The position numbers and the translations under genes were made by a program. A stretch of 64,000 nucleotides of DNA from a virus. Of the stretch, positions 17,833 to 27,976 are shown piece by piece. Position 1 is the stretch's first letter. Each line of letters opens with the position of its first letter. Where the stretch lies: IMG/VR virus record IMGVR_UViG_3300042879_003514, positions 31,303-95,302 of that record; one strand, written 5' to 3'. The notes under the pieces are model-generated. The model worked only from the letters and a program-made list of their open reading frames with translations. It was not told the DNA's origin and made no database searches.

Positions 17833-18869
17833 TTACTTATTTTCGCAGTAGTTCTTTTAATACTCATAATATGTGCGAGCAGCAATATTTTTTTGAGTAT
17901 GTGCTAGGATGGAGAGGTCCGTCAAATCAAAAGGCCGACAAAGGGACTATTTGTCATAAAGTATTAGAAATTTTAGCAATTATAAAAAAGAATATTCAAG
18001 ATGGTATACCAGAGTTTGAAGATGATTTAATTGGTAAAGTTAGTACAAATAACTATAATTTAGACAATATCATTGAATTAACATATAAATTTTATACAAC
18101 TAATTTTAATCATCATAAGTGGTCCGATAAAGATTTTAAAGATTGTAAATCATGGGTTTACAAAGCTATAGAATATAATAATCGAATGTTTGATCCAAGA
18201 AATAGAGACATATTATGTCCAGAACAACACTTCGATATACTAATCGAAAAACCTTGGGCAAAGTATAGTTATGATTCACCAGATGGTCTGCTAGAAGGAT
18301 ACCTTGGTCTTAAAGGCACTATTGACCTTGTTACTAAAATAGATAACAATACTATAGAAGTGATAGATTGGAAAACCGGAAAAAGATTAGATTGGGCCAC
18401 AGGACAAGAAAAAACACCAGAGAAGTTACAAAACGATCCTCAGTTAATGATTTATTATTATGCTATAAGTCGTTTATTTCCAGAATACGAACATATCATA
18501 CTAACCATATATTTTATTAACGATGGTGGTGCGTTCTCAATATTATTTGATAAGAGCGACTTGCTAAGAACAGAAGAAATGCTAAGAAAGAAATTTGAAA
18601 TAATAAAACAAACTAAAAAACCAAGGTTGCATCAAACATGGATGTGTAGTAAACTATGTCACTTCGGAAAAACAAGTTTCGCTGACACCCACATCACACC
18701 AACTATTGAATATAGAGACAATCAACATTGTAAAAAAGATTCAATCATGACAAAGTGTGAACAAGTTAAGCATGATATAGAACTAAAAGGAATGAACGAA
18801 GTTATTAAAGAATATAGATATCATAACCACTCATTTGGAAAATATAAGGCACCCGGTAGCACAGAATGA
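17826..18869 (+). CDS. PD-(D/E)XK nuclease (Cas4/RecB-like); probable non-ATG start
   Basis: SSS...C..QY..EY N-terminal motif, GTICH, GTIDLV, IDWKTG, QLMIY, C-terminal Cys cluster; frame open from 17814. Confidence 0.8.
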   Translation: MIITYFRSSSFNTHNMCEQQYFFEYVLGWRGPSNQKADKGTICHKVLEILAIIKKNIQDGIPEFEDDLIGKVSTNNYNLDNIIELTYKFYTTNFNHHKWSDKDFKDCKSWVYKAIEYNNRMFDPRNRDILCPEQHFDILIEKPWAKYSYDSPDGLLEGYLGLKGTIDLVTKIDNNTIEVIDWKTGKRLDWATGQEKTPEKLQNDPQLMIYYYAISRLFPEYEHIILTIYFINDGGAFSILFDKSDLLRTEEMLRKKFEIIKQTKKPRLHQTWMCSKLCHFGKTSFADTHITPTIEYRDNQHCKKDSIMTKCEQVKHDIELKGMNEVIKEYRYHNHSFGKYKAPGSTE

Positions 18870-20749
18870 AAAATTATAATCCTTTACATTGTCACTCAAT
18901 GTATTCTTTGCTAGATGGCTTATCTAAGCCGTCTCAAATAGCAGATCGTTGTCAAGAAATTGGAGCAACTGCATGTGCGTTAACAGATCACGGTTCAATA
19001 GCCGGAGCTATTAAATTTCACAAAGAGATGACTAAGGTTGGAATTAAGCCAATTTTAGGTTGTGAGATTTATCTCTGTAAAGATAGTCCAAATATTCAAA
19101 GTAAAGAAAATAGACATTTAACACATTTTTTGGTATTGGCCAAAAACCTTGAAGGATGGAGAAAACTCATTGGTTTAGTTTCAGAGTCTAACCGTCCAGA
19201 TTTTTATTATCACAAGCCCAGACTTGATCTGGAAAATCTAGGGAGGTTCTGCGACGGCAATTTGATTGGAATTTGTGGACATCTAGGATCGTTAATTGCA
19301 GATAATATAATAGATAATGGACAAATAATCTCAGACTGGAAAAACCAAGGAGAAAAAATTATTGGTCAATTAAGAGATATTTTTGGTAAAAATAATATTT
19401 TTCTAGAATCCCAAATGATGGATCATATAAACACACCCATACAAAAAGAATTGACTGGTTGTATCAGAGAGCTTGGTAGAATAACAGACACTAAAATTAT
19501 TTGTACTCCAGATGCTCATTATGTTAGAAAAGAAGATGCCTCTGATCAAAGAATACTTTTGTGTAATAATCTAAAAACAACCATGCCTGAAATTAGTCGC
19601 AAGATCAATATGAACCAGCCGGTGCCAATGGACTGTTTTTTCTTATCAGATAATTTTCATATACTATCACAAGAAGAGATTAACAATCTTCACACAGAAG
19701 AAGAAATTGAAAATACACAGTTGGTTTCTAATATGTGCGAGTCTTACGATATAAATAGTAGACCAAGATTACCGCCATTTGATTGTAAACCAAACCCAGA
19801 TGAGTTCTTAAGACAATTATGTAGAGATGGCTGGAGAGATAAGATAGCCAATAATATAGATAAGCAAAATCAACAAGAATATATAGATCGTATTAAATAT
19901 GAATTAGATATTTTACAGGGGGCTGGTCTTAGTAGTTATTTCTTGATTGTGCAAGATATCGTGAACCATGTTAAAATGAACGACTGGCTACCCGGACCAG
20001 GAAGAGGATCTGCTGCTGGTTGTTTAGTTTCATATCTAATAGGTATAACTAATATTGATCCTATAAAATACAGTTTATTGTTTGATAGATTTTATAATTC
20101 TGGTCGTAATACAAAAGATAGAGTTAGTATGCCAGATATTGATGTTGATGTACCAATAGAAAAAAGAGAAGACATTATTACGTATATTAAAAATAAGTAT
20201 GGTAATAATCAGGTTTCTCAGATGGTTACTTTTAATACGATTAAGGGTCGTGGTGCTATAAAGGATGTTCTCAGAGTTTATGGTAACATATCTTTTGAGG
20301 AAATGAATAGAATTACCAAAAATATACCAGACGAAGCTAAAATAGCAGACGAGTTGCAAGAAATGAAGGACGAATACGGCGAAGCCTCTATCATAAGATG
20401 GGCTTTAGAAAACCAAGGAGAAAAACTCAAAGATTGGTGTCATATTGACGAAAATAATGAATTACAAGGACCACTTGCAAAAAGATTTGAGCAGGCTATA
20501 AGATTAGAGGGTACTAAAGTTAACCAATCTAAACATGCCGCTGGGGTAGTTATAGCAGATACAGATTTGTCAACAATTTGCCCAACTATTTATGACACAA
20601 AAACAAAAACAAAAATTGCTGGTATGGAAATGGAAGACTTAGAAAGTATTGGAATTGTTAAATTTGATATTCTAGGTGTTGCGATGCTGGATAAAATTAT
20701 GTATATTTCTAAATATCTTAAAGAAGGAGTTACAGATGAAATTTCATGA
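18866..20749 (+). CDS. dnaE: DNA polymerase III alpha, N-terminal part (PHP + palm)
   Basis: LHCHSMYSLLDG, ALTDHG, PGRGSAAG, MPDIDVD, KHAAGVVI, KFDILG. Confidence 0.93.
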   Translation: MKNYNPLHCHSMYSLLDGLSKPSQIADRCQEIGATACALTDHGSIAGAIKFHKEMTKVGIKPILGCEIYLCKDSPNIQSKENRHLTHFLVLAKNLEGWRKLIGLVSESNRPDFYYHKPRLDLENLGRFCDGNLIGICGHLGSLIADNIIDNGQIISDWKNQGEKIIGQLRDIFGKNNIFLESQMMDHINTPIQKELTGCIRELGRITDTKIICTPDAHYVRKEDASDQRILLCNNLKTTMPEISRKINMNQPVPMDCFFLSDNFHILSQEEINNLHTEEEIENTQLVSNMCESYDINSRPRLPPFDCKPNPDEFLRQLCRDGWRDKIANNIDKQNQQEYIDRIKYELDILQGAGLSSYFLIVQDIVNHVKMNDWLPGPGRGSAAGCLVSYLIGITNIDPIKYSLLFDRFYNSGRNTKDRVSMPDIDVDVPIEKREDIITYIKNKYGNNQVSQMVTFNTIKGRGAIKDVLRVYGNISFEEMNRITKNIPDEAKIADELQEMKDEYGEASIIRWALENQGEKLKDWCHIDENNELQGPLAKRFEQAIRLEGTKVNQSKHAAGVVIADTDLSTICPTIYDTKTKTKIAGMEMEDLESIGIVKFDILGVAMLDKIMYISKYLKEGVTDEIS

Positions 20750-20912
20750 ATTGCAGATAAATGCTAAGTTCAAACATAATGGCACTATTTATGTTAAAAT
20801 CCCAGCAGAAAAAGCAAACTGCTGTAAGACAACTGCTAATTGTCAAAATTGGGAAACAAAACAAAAGGCAAAAATATCACCAGAAGATGAAGTTGAAGAG
20901 GTACAATCCTAA
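20736..20912 (+). CDS. small Cys-containing protein, 58 aa
   Basis: SD AAGGAG at 20724-20729; MKFHELQINAKF...CCK...C. Confidence 0.65.
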   Translation: MKFHELQINAKFKHNGTIYVKIPAEKANCCKTTANCQNWETKQKAKISPEDEVEEVQS

Positions 20913-20918
20913 TTATTT

Positions 20919-21614
20919 ATGTTAACTAAAAAAATTTGTGTTTTTGATTTTGAAACTGATGGCTCTGATCCAGAATCATGTAGTCCTGTTCAATTAGCCG
21001 CAATCATGATTGATCCTGTCAAGTTAGAAATAATTGATGGATCAGAATTTAATGTTCATTGTAAGCCAGAAGTAATAGAAAAAAATCCCGACTATATTTA
21101 TGAAACTGATATTATAGATTTTCATTCTAGAGTGAAAGGATGTAGTCAAGAAGATATTTATAAAGAGTGGAGACAATATCCTTCTCAACAAATAGCATGG
21201 AATTCTTTTATTTCATATTTAGACAAGTATCATTGCTTTGGTAGAAAGAAAAAAAATATATTTACAGCACCTATAGCTGCTGGATATAATATTAATAGAT
21301 TTGATTTAAAAATTATCAATAGACTAAGCCAGAAATACAAGACTATTGAACCAAAAGAAAAAACATCATCTCTGTTTTATCCAAGAGATGTTCTTGATAT
21401 TATGAATTTAGTTTTTTATTGGTTTGAAAGTTCGGATCTAAAAAGTTATTCTTTGGATACTGTTAGAGAATATCTTGGTATTTCAAAAGATGGTGCTCAC
21501 GATGCCTTGAAAGACGTTAAAGACTGTGCTATGATACTAACTAGGTTTATGAGATTGCACAGGAAATTATGTCCAAAAATTTCATTTAAAGGATCTTTTT
21601 TGAATGACGATTAA
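20919..21614 (+). CDS. DEDDh 3'-5' exonuclease (DnaQ/epsilon-like)
   Basis: VFDFETDG, AGYNINRFD, AHDALKD. Confidence 0.9.
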   Translation: MLTKKICVFDFETDGSDPESCSPVQLAAIMIDPVKLEIIDGSEFNVHCKPEVIEKNPDYIYETDIIDFHSRVKGCSQEDIYKEWRQYPSQQIAWNSFISYLDKYHCFGRKKKNIFTAPIAAGYNINRFDLKIINRLSQKYKTIEPKEKTSSLFYPRDVLDIMNLVFYWFESSDLKSYSLDTVREYLGISKDGAHDALKDVKDCAMILTRFMRLHRKLCPKISFKGSFLNDD

Positions 21615-23202
21615 GTTTAATTGCGGTTGTGAATTCAATAGTAATAGTGATAGTAAATTACATATTGATTATGATATAAATAAAATAAAGTTTGATTGCC
21701 CAAAAACTTGGGATATGATTTCTGAAGGAAACACTAAAGGTGTTTTTCAATTAGAGTCTAGGTTAGGGCAGAGTATGGCTAAAAAACTTAAGCCCGAAAA
21801 TATTGAGCAATTAGCCGCGCTAATTAGTATCATGAGACCGGGTTCTCTAGAAGCTTTTAGAGAAGGTAAAAGTGTTAGTAATCATTATATAGACAAAAAG
21901 AATGGTCAAGAAAGTCTTGATTATTTTCATCCTACATTAGAGCCATGTTTAAAGGCTACTTATGGAGAAATGATTTATCAAGAACAGGCTATGGAAATTG
22001 CCAAAGTGGTTGCTGGATTTGATCTACAAGAAGCTGATATGTTAAGAAAAGCTATTGGTAAGAAAAAACCAGAAGAAATGGCCAAAATCAAAAATAAATT
22101 CATTAGCGGATGCAATAATCTTGGCAAGGTTACTAATAATGAAGCGGAGCAGTTGTTTGGTTGGATAGAAAAAAGTCAAAGGTATTCATTTAATAAAAGC
22201 CATGCTGTTAGTTATGCTGTAAATGCCTTTATGTCCGCTCATGCTAAGGCTCATTTTCCTACTATCTTTTTCTTATCATATCTTAGACTAGCCAAAGATA
22301 AAATAGATCCTCAAGAAGAAATTCTTGAATTGATCATTAATGCTAAGTCTATGGATATAGATATTTTTTGTCCCACTATGGTGCTTAAAAATAAAGATTT
22401 TAAAATTCAAAATAAAAAGATATATTTTGGATTAACTAATATCAAGGGTGTTGGTCAATCTGTGTTTGATAAATTATATGGAATTATTGCCGATATAGAT
22501 TTAATTAAATACACTTGGAGCGAAACATTATTTTATATATTATTAAATATTAATTCGACAGCAGCCAAAGCATTGATTCAGTCTGGTGCGTTAGATTACT
22601 TAAAAGTCTCAAGAAATCAAATGCTATATGAGTTTAATCTGGTCTGCGAACTGACAAAAAAAGAAACTGAAAATACAATTAAATTAATCAAAGATAATCC
22701 AAAATTACAAATCATTGAGTTAATAAGGCAGTTAATCGCTAATACCAAAATTTCTAAGAATAGACAGCAAAAAGTCCTAAGTATAGTTAATCAACTATCA
22801 GAACCACCATATTCTCTTGTAGATAGTCCAGAATGGATATCTGATAACGAAAGAGAATTACTGGGTGCTCCAATAACCTGTACTAAAACAGATTCTTATG
22901 ATTCATCATACGCAAATACTGATTGTAAAGATATTCGTAATTTTCCAGATACTAAACAGTTTTTTATTATAGCAGAAATTCAATCTGTTAATATTATTGT
23001 AACTAAGCGTGGAAGATCTCCTGGAAAAGAAATGTGTTTTATACAAATATCAGACTCTTATGGCAGTCTAGATTGTGTATTATTTCCAGAAGAATTTGCC
23101 GAGAATAAAGCATTATTACAGGCTGGTAGAGTATTGATGTTTAATGGACAGAAGTCAAAAAAGGATAGTTCTGTGATCATAAAAAAAATCTTTGTTGTAT
23201 AG
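21604..23202 (+). CDS. dnaE: DNA polymerase III alpha, C-terminal part (fingers, HhH, OB fold)
   Basis: GVFQLES, RPG, YQEQ, ADMLRKAIGKKK, YSFNKSHAVSYA, FGLTNIKGVG, C-terminal OB fold. Confidence 0.93.
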   Translation: MTIKFNCGCEFNSNSDSKLHIDYDINKIKFDCPKTWDMISEGNTKGVFQLESRLGQSMAKKLKPENIEQLAALISIMRPGSLEAFREGKSVSNHYIDKKNGQESLDYFHPTLEPCLKATYGEMIYQEQAMEIAKVVAGFDLQEADMLRKAIGKKKPEEMAKIKNKFISGCNNLGKVTNNEAEQLFGWIEKSQRYSFNKSHAVSYAVNAFMSAHAKAHFPTIFFLSYLRLAKDKIDPQEEILELIINAKSMDIDIFCPTMVLKNKDFKIQNKKIYFGLTNIKGVGQSVFDKLYGIIADIDLIKYTWSETLFYILLNINSTAAKALIQSGALDYLKVSRNQMLYEFNLVCELTKKETENTIKLIKDNPKLQIIELIRQLIANTKISKNRQQKVLSIVNQLSEPPYSLVDSPEWISDNERELLGAPITCTKTDSYDSSYANTDCKDIRNFPDTKQFFIIAEIQSVNIIVTKRGRSPGKEMCFIQISDSYGSLDCVLFPEEFAENKALLQAGRVLMFNGQKSKKDSSVIIKKIFVV

Positions 23203-23203
23203 C

Positions 23204-23231
23204 TTGACACTCAGACCACAATCTGTATAAT
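23204..23231 (+). promoter_or_regulatory. consensus sigma70 promoter
   Basis: TTGACA-16 nt-TATAAT upstream of ssb. Confidence 0.75.
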
Positions 23232-23276
23232 AAAGTAGAATGTGTTTCTTCTTTTAGCAACTTAAGGAGTTTTGAA

Positions 23277-23642
23277 ATGAATATTGTTTTACTACGAGGA
23301 AATTTGACAAGAGACCCAGAGCTAAGAACAGTTAATAGTGGAGAAAAGCAAACATCTGTTGTTTCTTTTACTGTTGCTGTTTCTAGAGATTTTACCAGAG
23401 CTAATGGAACCAAGGATAAAATCGTATCTTATCTTCTATGTGAAGCATGGGATAGTGGAGCAGAGATAATCGGAGAATCCTTTAGGAAGGGTGATTTGGT
23501 TATGGTTGAAGGAAGTCTTCGTAATGATTCTTGGGAAAAGGATGGTGTCAAACATTCCACACTAAAGGTAAGAGTTAATAATTTTTCTAAGATCACAAAG
23601 CTTAAGAAAAAGGAAGTTTCAGAAGAAAGCGTTTCTTTCTAA
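23277..23642 (+). CDS. ssb: single-stranded DNA-binding protein
   Basis: NIVLLRGNLTRDPELR, KGDLVMVEGSL, acidic/F C-terminus; SD AAGGAG. Confidence 0.95.
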   Translation: MNIVLLRGNLTRDPELRTVNSGEKQTSVVSFTVAVSRDFTRANGTKDKIVSYLLCEAWDSGAEIIGESFRKGDLVMVEGSLRNDSWEKDGVKHSTLKVRVNNFSKITKLKKKEVSEESVSF

Positions 23643-23674
23643 GATAATTAATCACACAACCATTAACACAAACT

Positions 23675-23697
23675 AGGGGCGACAACGCCCCTTTTTT
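23675..23697 (+). terminator. intrinsic terminator
   Basis: AGGGGCG-acaa-CGCCCCT followed by a T run. Confidence 0.9.
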
Positions 23698-23707
23698 GTA
23701 AAATTAT

Positions 23708-25300
23708 ATGAAAAAAAAACGAATATTAATGTGTGCAGAAGCACATGATATAAATTCTGGATTTGGTAGATATACCAAGGAAATACTACAAAGATTATAT
23801 AATAATCCTAATTATGAGATCGCAGAATTTGCTTCTTATTTTAACTATGGTAAAACAAAAACAGTACCGTGGAAAGTTTATGCAAATGCTGTAGATGACT
23901 CTCATCCGGAAGCCGAGAACTACAAAAAAAATCCACTTAATCAATTTGGTTTATGGCGTTTCGATAAAGTGGTATCTCATTTCAAGCCAGATATTGTTTT
24001 TGATATTAGAGATTATTGGATGTTTGCTTATCAAGAGATGTCTGCGTTTAGAAAATATTTTCATTGGGTAATTGCTCCTACTGTAGACTCTATACCTCAA
24101 AGAACAGAGTGGTTGAAAACTTTTGAAAACGCAGATGTTGTTCTTACTCATACAGACTGGGCTGGCGATTATTTGAGATCATTAAATAGAAAAATAAATG
24201 TTGGCGGTTGTGTGTCTGATTCTGTTGATCCAGACACTTTTAAGCCCGTAAATTGGACAAAAAACTTTCATAAGACTAGGTATAATATACCATCAAATTC
24301 TGTTGTTATTGGTTCTGTTATGAGAAATCAGAAACGCAAATTAATAGCAGAATTATTCTCAAGTCTTAAAAAATTATTATCCATATCTAGTAATAAAAAT
24401 ATATATTTGTATCTACATACGTCTTTTCCAGAACCTGCTGGATGGGACATACCGCAATTACTACAAGAATATGGGGTATATAACAATGTTTTATTTACCT
24501 ATTATAATCCACAATCTAAGAATATTCTAGTTTCTCCATTCAAAGGAGCAATTTTTGCAAACGACAAGAACGAAACTTATATATTTCCTAATGTGGTAAA
24601 TGGCGTAAACAACGACCAACTATGTGAAATTTATAATTTATTTGATATTTATGTTCAGTATGCAATTTGCGAAGGTTTGGGCATACCACAGTTAGAGGCA
24701 GCGGCTTGTGGAATACCATTATTTTCTGTTAATTATAGTGGAATGGAAGAAATTACCTCTAAAGTAGATGGAGTAAAACTCCGCTATTTATTAAGTAAAG
24801 AATTGGAGACGGGTTCTGATAGAGCAACACCAGACAATGATCATCTAATTGCAGAAATTTTAAAATGGATGGATAAATCAACTCTAGAAAAGAAAAAAAT
24901 ATCTAAAAGAACAAGAGAATTATTAGTTGATAATTATAGCTGGGATATAACTGCTAATAATTTAATGAAAGTATTTGATAGTTTGGAACCAAAAAACATA
25001 TGGCATGAGCCTTTACAATTTAACACTTCCTTAAGTGCTCCTATTTCACTACCAAATCGTAGTTTTATTAATTTTGTTATTGATAATATTCTTATGGAAC
25101 CAAAGTTAAAAAATACACATTTTGCACAATCTATAATAAAAAATTTAGACGAATCGTGTTTTGGTCTTAGTCAAGACTTGGTAATTAAAAAAAGACAAGA
25201 AGCACTAAAGCCACTAGAAATGTATATGAATAGTAAAATGTCATGTGAACAAATTAGGTCGGGGCAAACTATTCTTTCTGATGACTTTTTATCTCAATGA
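23708..25300 (+). CDS. glycosyltransferase, GT-B fold (GT4-like)
   Basis: SGFGRY, VMRNQKRK, EGLGIPQLEAAACG (Ex7E), YSW. Confidence 0.88.
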   Translation: MKKKRILMCAEAHDINSGFGRYTKEILQRLYNNPNYEIAEFASYFNYGKTKTVPWKVYANAVDDSHPEAENYKKNPLNQFGLWRFDKVVSHFKPDIVFDIRDYWMFAYQEMSAFRKYFHWVIAPTVDSIPQRTEWLKTFENADVVLTHTDWAGDYLRSLNRKINVGGCVSDSVDPDTFKPVNWTKNFHKTRYNIPSNSVVIGSVMRNQKRKLIAELFSSLKKLLSISSNKNIYLYLHTSFPEPAGWDIPQLLQEYGVYNNVLFTYYNPQSKNILVSPFKGAIFANDKNETYIFPNVVNGVNNDQLCEIYNLFDIYVQYAICEGLGIPQLEAAACGIPLFSVNYSGMEEITSKVDGVKLRYLLSKELETGSDRATPDNDHLIAEILKWMDKSTLEKKKISKRTRELLVDNYSWDITANNLMKVFDSLEPKNIWHEPLQFNTSLSAPISLPNRSFINFVIDNILMEPKLKNTHFAQSIIKNLDESCFGLSQDLVIKKRQEALKPLEMYMNSKMSCEQIRSGQTILSDDFLSQ

Positions 25301-26397
25301 GTAATATTCTATATATAGGTCCGTATCGTGAATTTACAGGAATGGGTAATGCTGCCAGACAGTATATCAAAGCATTGTTAGTTGCTGGACACAATATTGG
25401 TATTCGTCCAATATACAATATATTTAAGGCATATCCAGAAAAAGATATTGATTATGAAATACTAGAACTAGAATCTAATATTTCTAAGCCATATGATATT
25501 CTAATTCAACACTGCTATCCACACCAACTGTATTACGATAATCGTTTTCAAAAAAATATTGGTATTATACATTTAGAATCTAATAATTATTATTCTAATC
25601 TTAGTAATTATATCAATATGATGGATGAAATTATTGTGGGGAGTAATTTCGTACATAAAACTTTGTCTTCTATTAATTTTGACAAACCAATTAAGGTTGT
25701 GCCAGAGCCTATAGATTTAGAATTTATTAAAAAATATAGAGATAATAATGCTAGATCTATTAAAAATAACTATTCTTTTTATGCTATTGGGGATCTATCA
25801 GAAAGAAAAAATCTATATGAGATTGTAAAAGCTTTTGTTGTAGCATACGATACCGATGATAATGTTGATTTAGTTTTAAAAATTATTAGCAATCAGGAAA
25901 GAGTAGCTACTGATCAAGAAATTGAGTATGAATTAAATAAAATATATTCACGAATCAAGAAAAACTATGAGAAGCGCCCCCGCATAGTATTTGGAGATAT
26001 AGACTACCATTCAATGCTTTATCTACACAATAATAATGACTGTTTTATAAATGTATCTAGCGGCGAAAGTTTTGGTTATTCTACTTTAGAAGCTATGGCT
26101 TTTAATAATCAACTTATCGTAAACGATCATATTGGCAGCTCTGAGATTATTGATGAAGATTGTGGCTTATTTAATAATGTCTACAAAAGAAGTTGCGAAG
26201 ATTCATCAAGACTATACCATATATATAATTCTTATCATCAGTCTTGGCACAAGCCAGAAATTGATAGTTTAATTGTAAATATGAACACGGCAAGAAATGA
26301 ATCTAAAGAAAATCGTGAAAAAAGAGTAGAAAAACAAAATGATAGACTAAATAATTTTTCTATAGAATCAATATCTAAAACATTAATTAATATATGA
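25297..26397 (+). CDS. glycosyltransferase, GT-B fold (GT4-like)
   Basis: TGMGNAAR, ERKNL, GESFGYSTLEAMAF (Ex7E). Confidence 0.85.
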   Translation: MSNILYIGPYREFTGMGNAARQYIKALLVAGHNIGIRPIYNIFKAYPEKDIDYEILELESNISKPYDILIQHCYPHQLYYDNRFQKNIGIIHLESNNYYSNLSNYINMMDEIIVGSNFVHKTLSSINFDKPIKVVPEPIDLEFIKKYRDNNARSIKNNYSFYAIGDLSERKNLYEIVKAFVVAYDTDDNVDLVLKIISNQERVATDQEIEYELNKIYSRIKKNYEKRPRIVFGDIDYHSMLYLHNNNDCFINVSSGESFGYSTLEAMAFNNQLIVNDHIGSSEIIDEDCGLFNNVYKRSCEDSSRLYHIYNSYHQSWHKPEIDSLIVNMNTARNESKENREKRVEKQNDRLNNFSIESISKTLINI

Positions 26398-26861
26398 TAT
26401 CATCAATAGTACATAGAGAGTTTACTGATATTGGAGATACTATTAATATAGCATGGACTCCTTGTGATAATATATTGTTTAAAAAATTTATTCAAGACAC
26501 TTGTTCTCCTTGCAACTTATTAGACCTAAATGAAACATACTATGGAATTAATGATATTACTTTGATTTTATGCAATAATCGGCTTACTCATTTAGAAAGA
26601 TCCCTAGAACTTGCAAAATTTCTATGTTGTCCTATATTAATAGTAGATCATGAAATCAAATCTAGTCATATCAAGGATGAAATTAATACTTCTTTTTTAA
26701 TTAAACAAGTTTATTCTGTTGCTTTGTCAGAGCAAATTGCGGCATCTTGGGGCTCAATTCATGATAATATCATATCTTTTAATGATTTAGATATAAGCAA
26801 TAAAGAAATATGGAGAAATCTAATTTTCCAACTATCTAAAACTAATATAACAATAACATAA
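26394..26861 (+). CDS. hypothetical protein, possibly a truncated GT-like Rossmann domain
   Basis: DITLILCNNR...PILIVDH pattern; lies inside the GT cluster. Confidence 0.55.
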   Translation: MISSIVHREFTDIGDTINIAWTPCDNILFKKFIQDTCSPCNLLDLNETYYGINDITLILCNNRLTHLERSLELAKFLCCPILIVDHEIKSSHIKDEINTSFLIKQVYSVALSEQIAASWGSIHDNIISFNDLDISNKEIWRNLIFQLSKTNITIT

Positions 26862-26862
26862 A

Positions 26863-27306
26863 ATGAAAAATAAAACAAAATATAAAAAATATTATATTCA
26901 TATAAATAAGCCTCAAATTGAGGTTAATGATTTTGAATTTTATGAAATAAGCAAGTTAAATAAATTAAAAGATAATTCAATCTCTGAGGTATTAATATAC
27001 GATTTGCTTGAATATATCAATTATGTTGATATTTATGAAATTTTTAAAACAATAACCGAGAAAGTTGTGGTTGATGGAAAAATACATATTCAAGGTACAG
27101 ATCTAAAGTCTTTGTGTTTGGCTGTTTTAGATAGTCAAATAGATTCTAATATTTTTCGCTCAATTCTGTTTGGGTTAAATAAAAAAAATATAATGTCGTT
27201 AAACGACACTCGCAAACTTATTGATTCATTTAGTAACATAACTGTTAATAAAATTAAGTTTTTAAATGGAGTACAATACTATATAGAATGCTTAAAAAAT
27301 GAATAA
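26863..27306 (+). CDS. degenerate SAM-methyltransferase-like protein
   Basis: DNSISEVLIYDLLEYI...DGKIHIQGTD resembles the post-motif-I half of class I MTases; no GxG motif I. Confidence 0.5.
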   Translation: MKNKTKYKKYYIHINKPQIEVNDFEFYEISKLNKLKDNSISEVLIYDLLEYINYVDIYEIFKTITEKVVVDGKIHIQGTDLKSLCLAVLDSQIDSNIFRSILFGLNKKNIMSLNDTRKLIDSFSNITVNKIKFLNGVQYYIECLKNE

Positions 27307-27976
27307 TATCACTTATATAATATTAGCATGTAATCCAGATAAAGGGATGAAATCTTACGGCTCAAAGGGTTTATTGGAGTTTAATAAAAAAAAATTATTC
27401 CAACACCAATTTGAATGGATACGATCAAACAGCAAAAATAAAAACTATGAAATCTTACTAATATGTAATTTTGATCTATGTAGAATTCAAAAAATTATAG
27501 ATCCAGATATAAAGATATTCTCTTCTGTAGGATCTAATCCAATATATGTGGCTTGTTCAAAGGCAAAATATAATAAGTTAATCTTTATGGATTATGGATG
27601 TTTGTTTAAACCAAAAATATTAAATAATATATCTTCTAGTGTAGAATCATCAGTTTTATATGTTAACGATAAGAAAAATCAACAATTAAAAATAGGATGC
27701 ATCATAAAGGATAATTATGTGGAGCATATATTTTTAGATTTACCAGACAATAAATTCTGTAATATCTTTTCTATATCGTCAATAGACAAACAAAAAATAC
27801 TAGATAATATAGAGTATCGGCGCTTTAATTTGTTATATTTCGAAATTTTGAACATGCTTATTAGTAGTGGATCGTTAGTTAAGTCTAGTTCTATAAATAG
27901 TAAAGATTTTTTATATTTTACACAAATGAGACAAAAAAATGACATCAACACTTTCATCAAAAAAATTACCAATTAA
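27299..27976 (+). CDS. nucleotidyltransferase-like (NTP_transferase/LicC/MobA fold), divergent
   Basis: IILACNPDKGMKSYGSKGLL resembles IILAAGxGxRMxxxxPKxLL. Confidence 0.6.
   Translation: MNNITYIILACNPDKGMKSYGSKGLLEFNKKKLFQHQFEWIRSNSKNKNYEILLICNFDLCRIQKIIDPDIKIFSSVGSNPIYVACSKAKYNKLIFMDYGCLFKPKILNNISSSVESSVLYVNDKKNQQLKIGCIIKDNYVEHIFLDLPDNKFCNIFSISSIDKQKILDNIEYRRFNLLYFEILNMLISSGSLVKSSSINSKDFLYFTQMRQKNDINTFIKKITN

Noticed and set aside
17826-18869. Cas4 as evidence of a CRISPR-Cas system
   Set aside because: Solo PD-(D/E)XK nuclease in a replication operon; no cas genes or array
20700-21630. Split intein joining the DnaE halves (DnaE-C starts MTIKFN-C)
   Set aside because: DnaE-N has no C/S-initiated intein N-domain after the polymerase sequence, there is no HN motif, and the intervening ORFs are not intein-like
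23708-26397. Definite DNA glucosylation system (T4-like)
   Set aside because: No hydroxymethylase or other base-activating enzyme is visible in the window, so the substrate cannot be assigned
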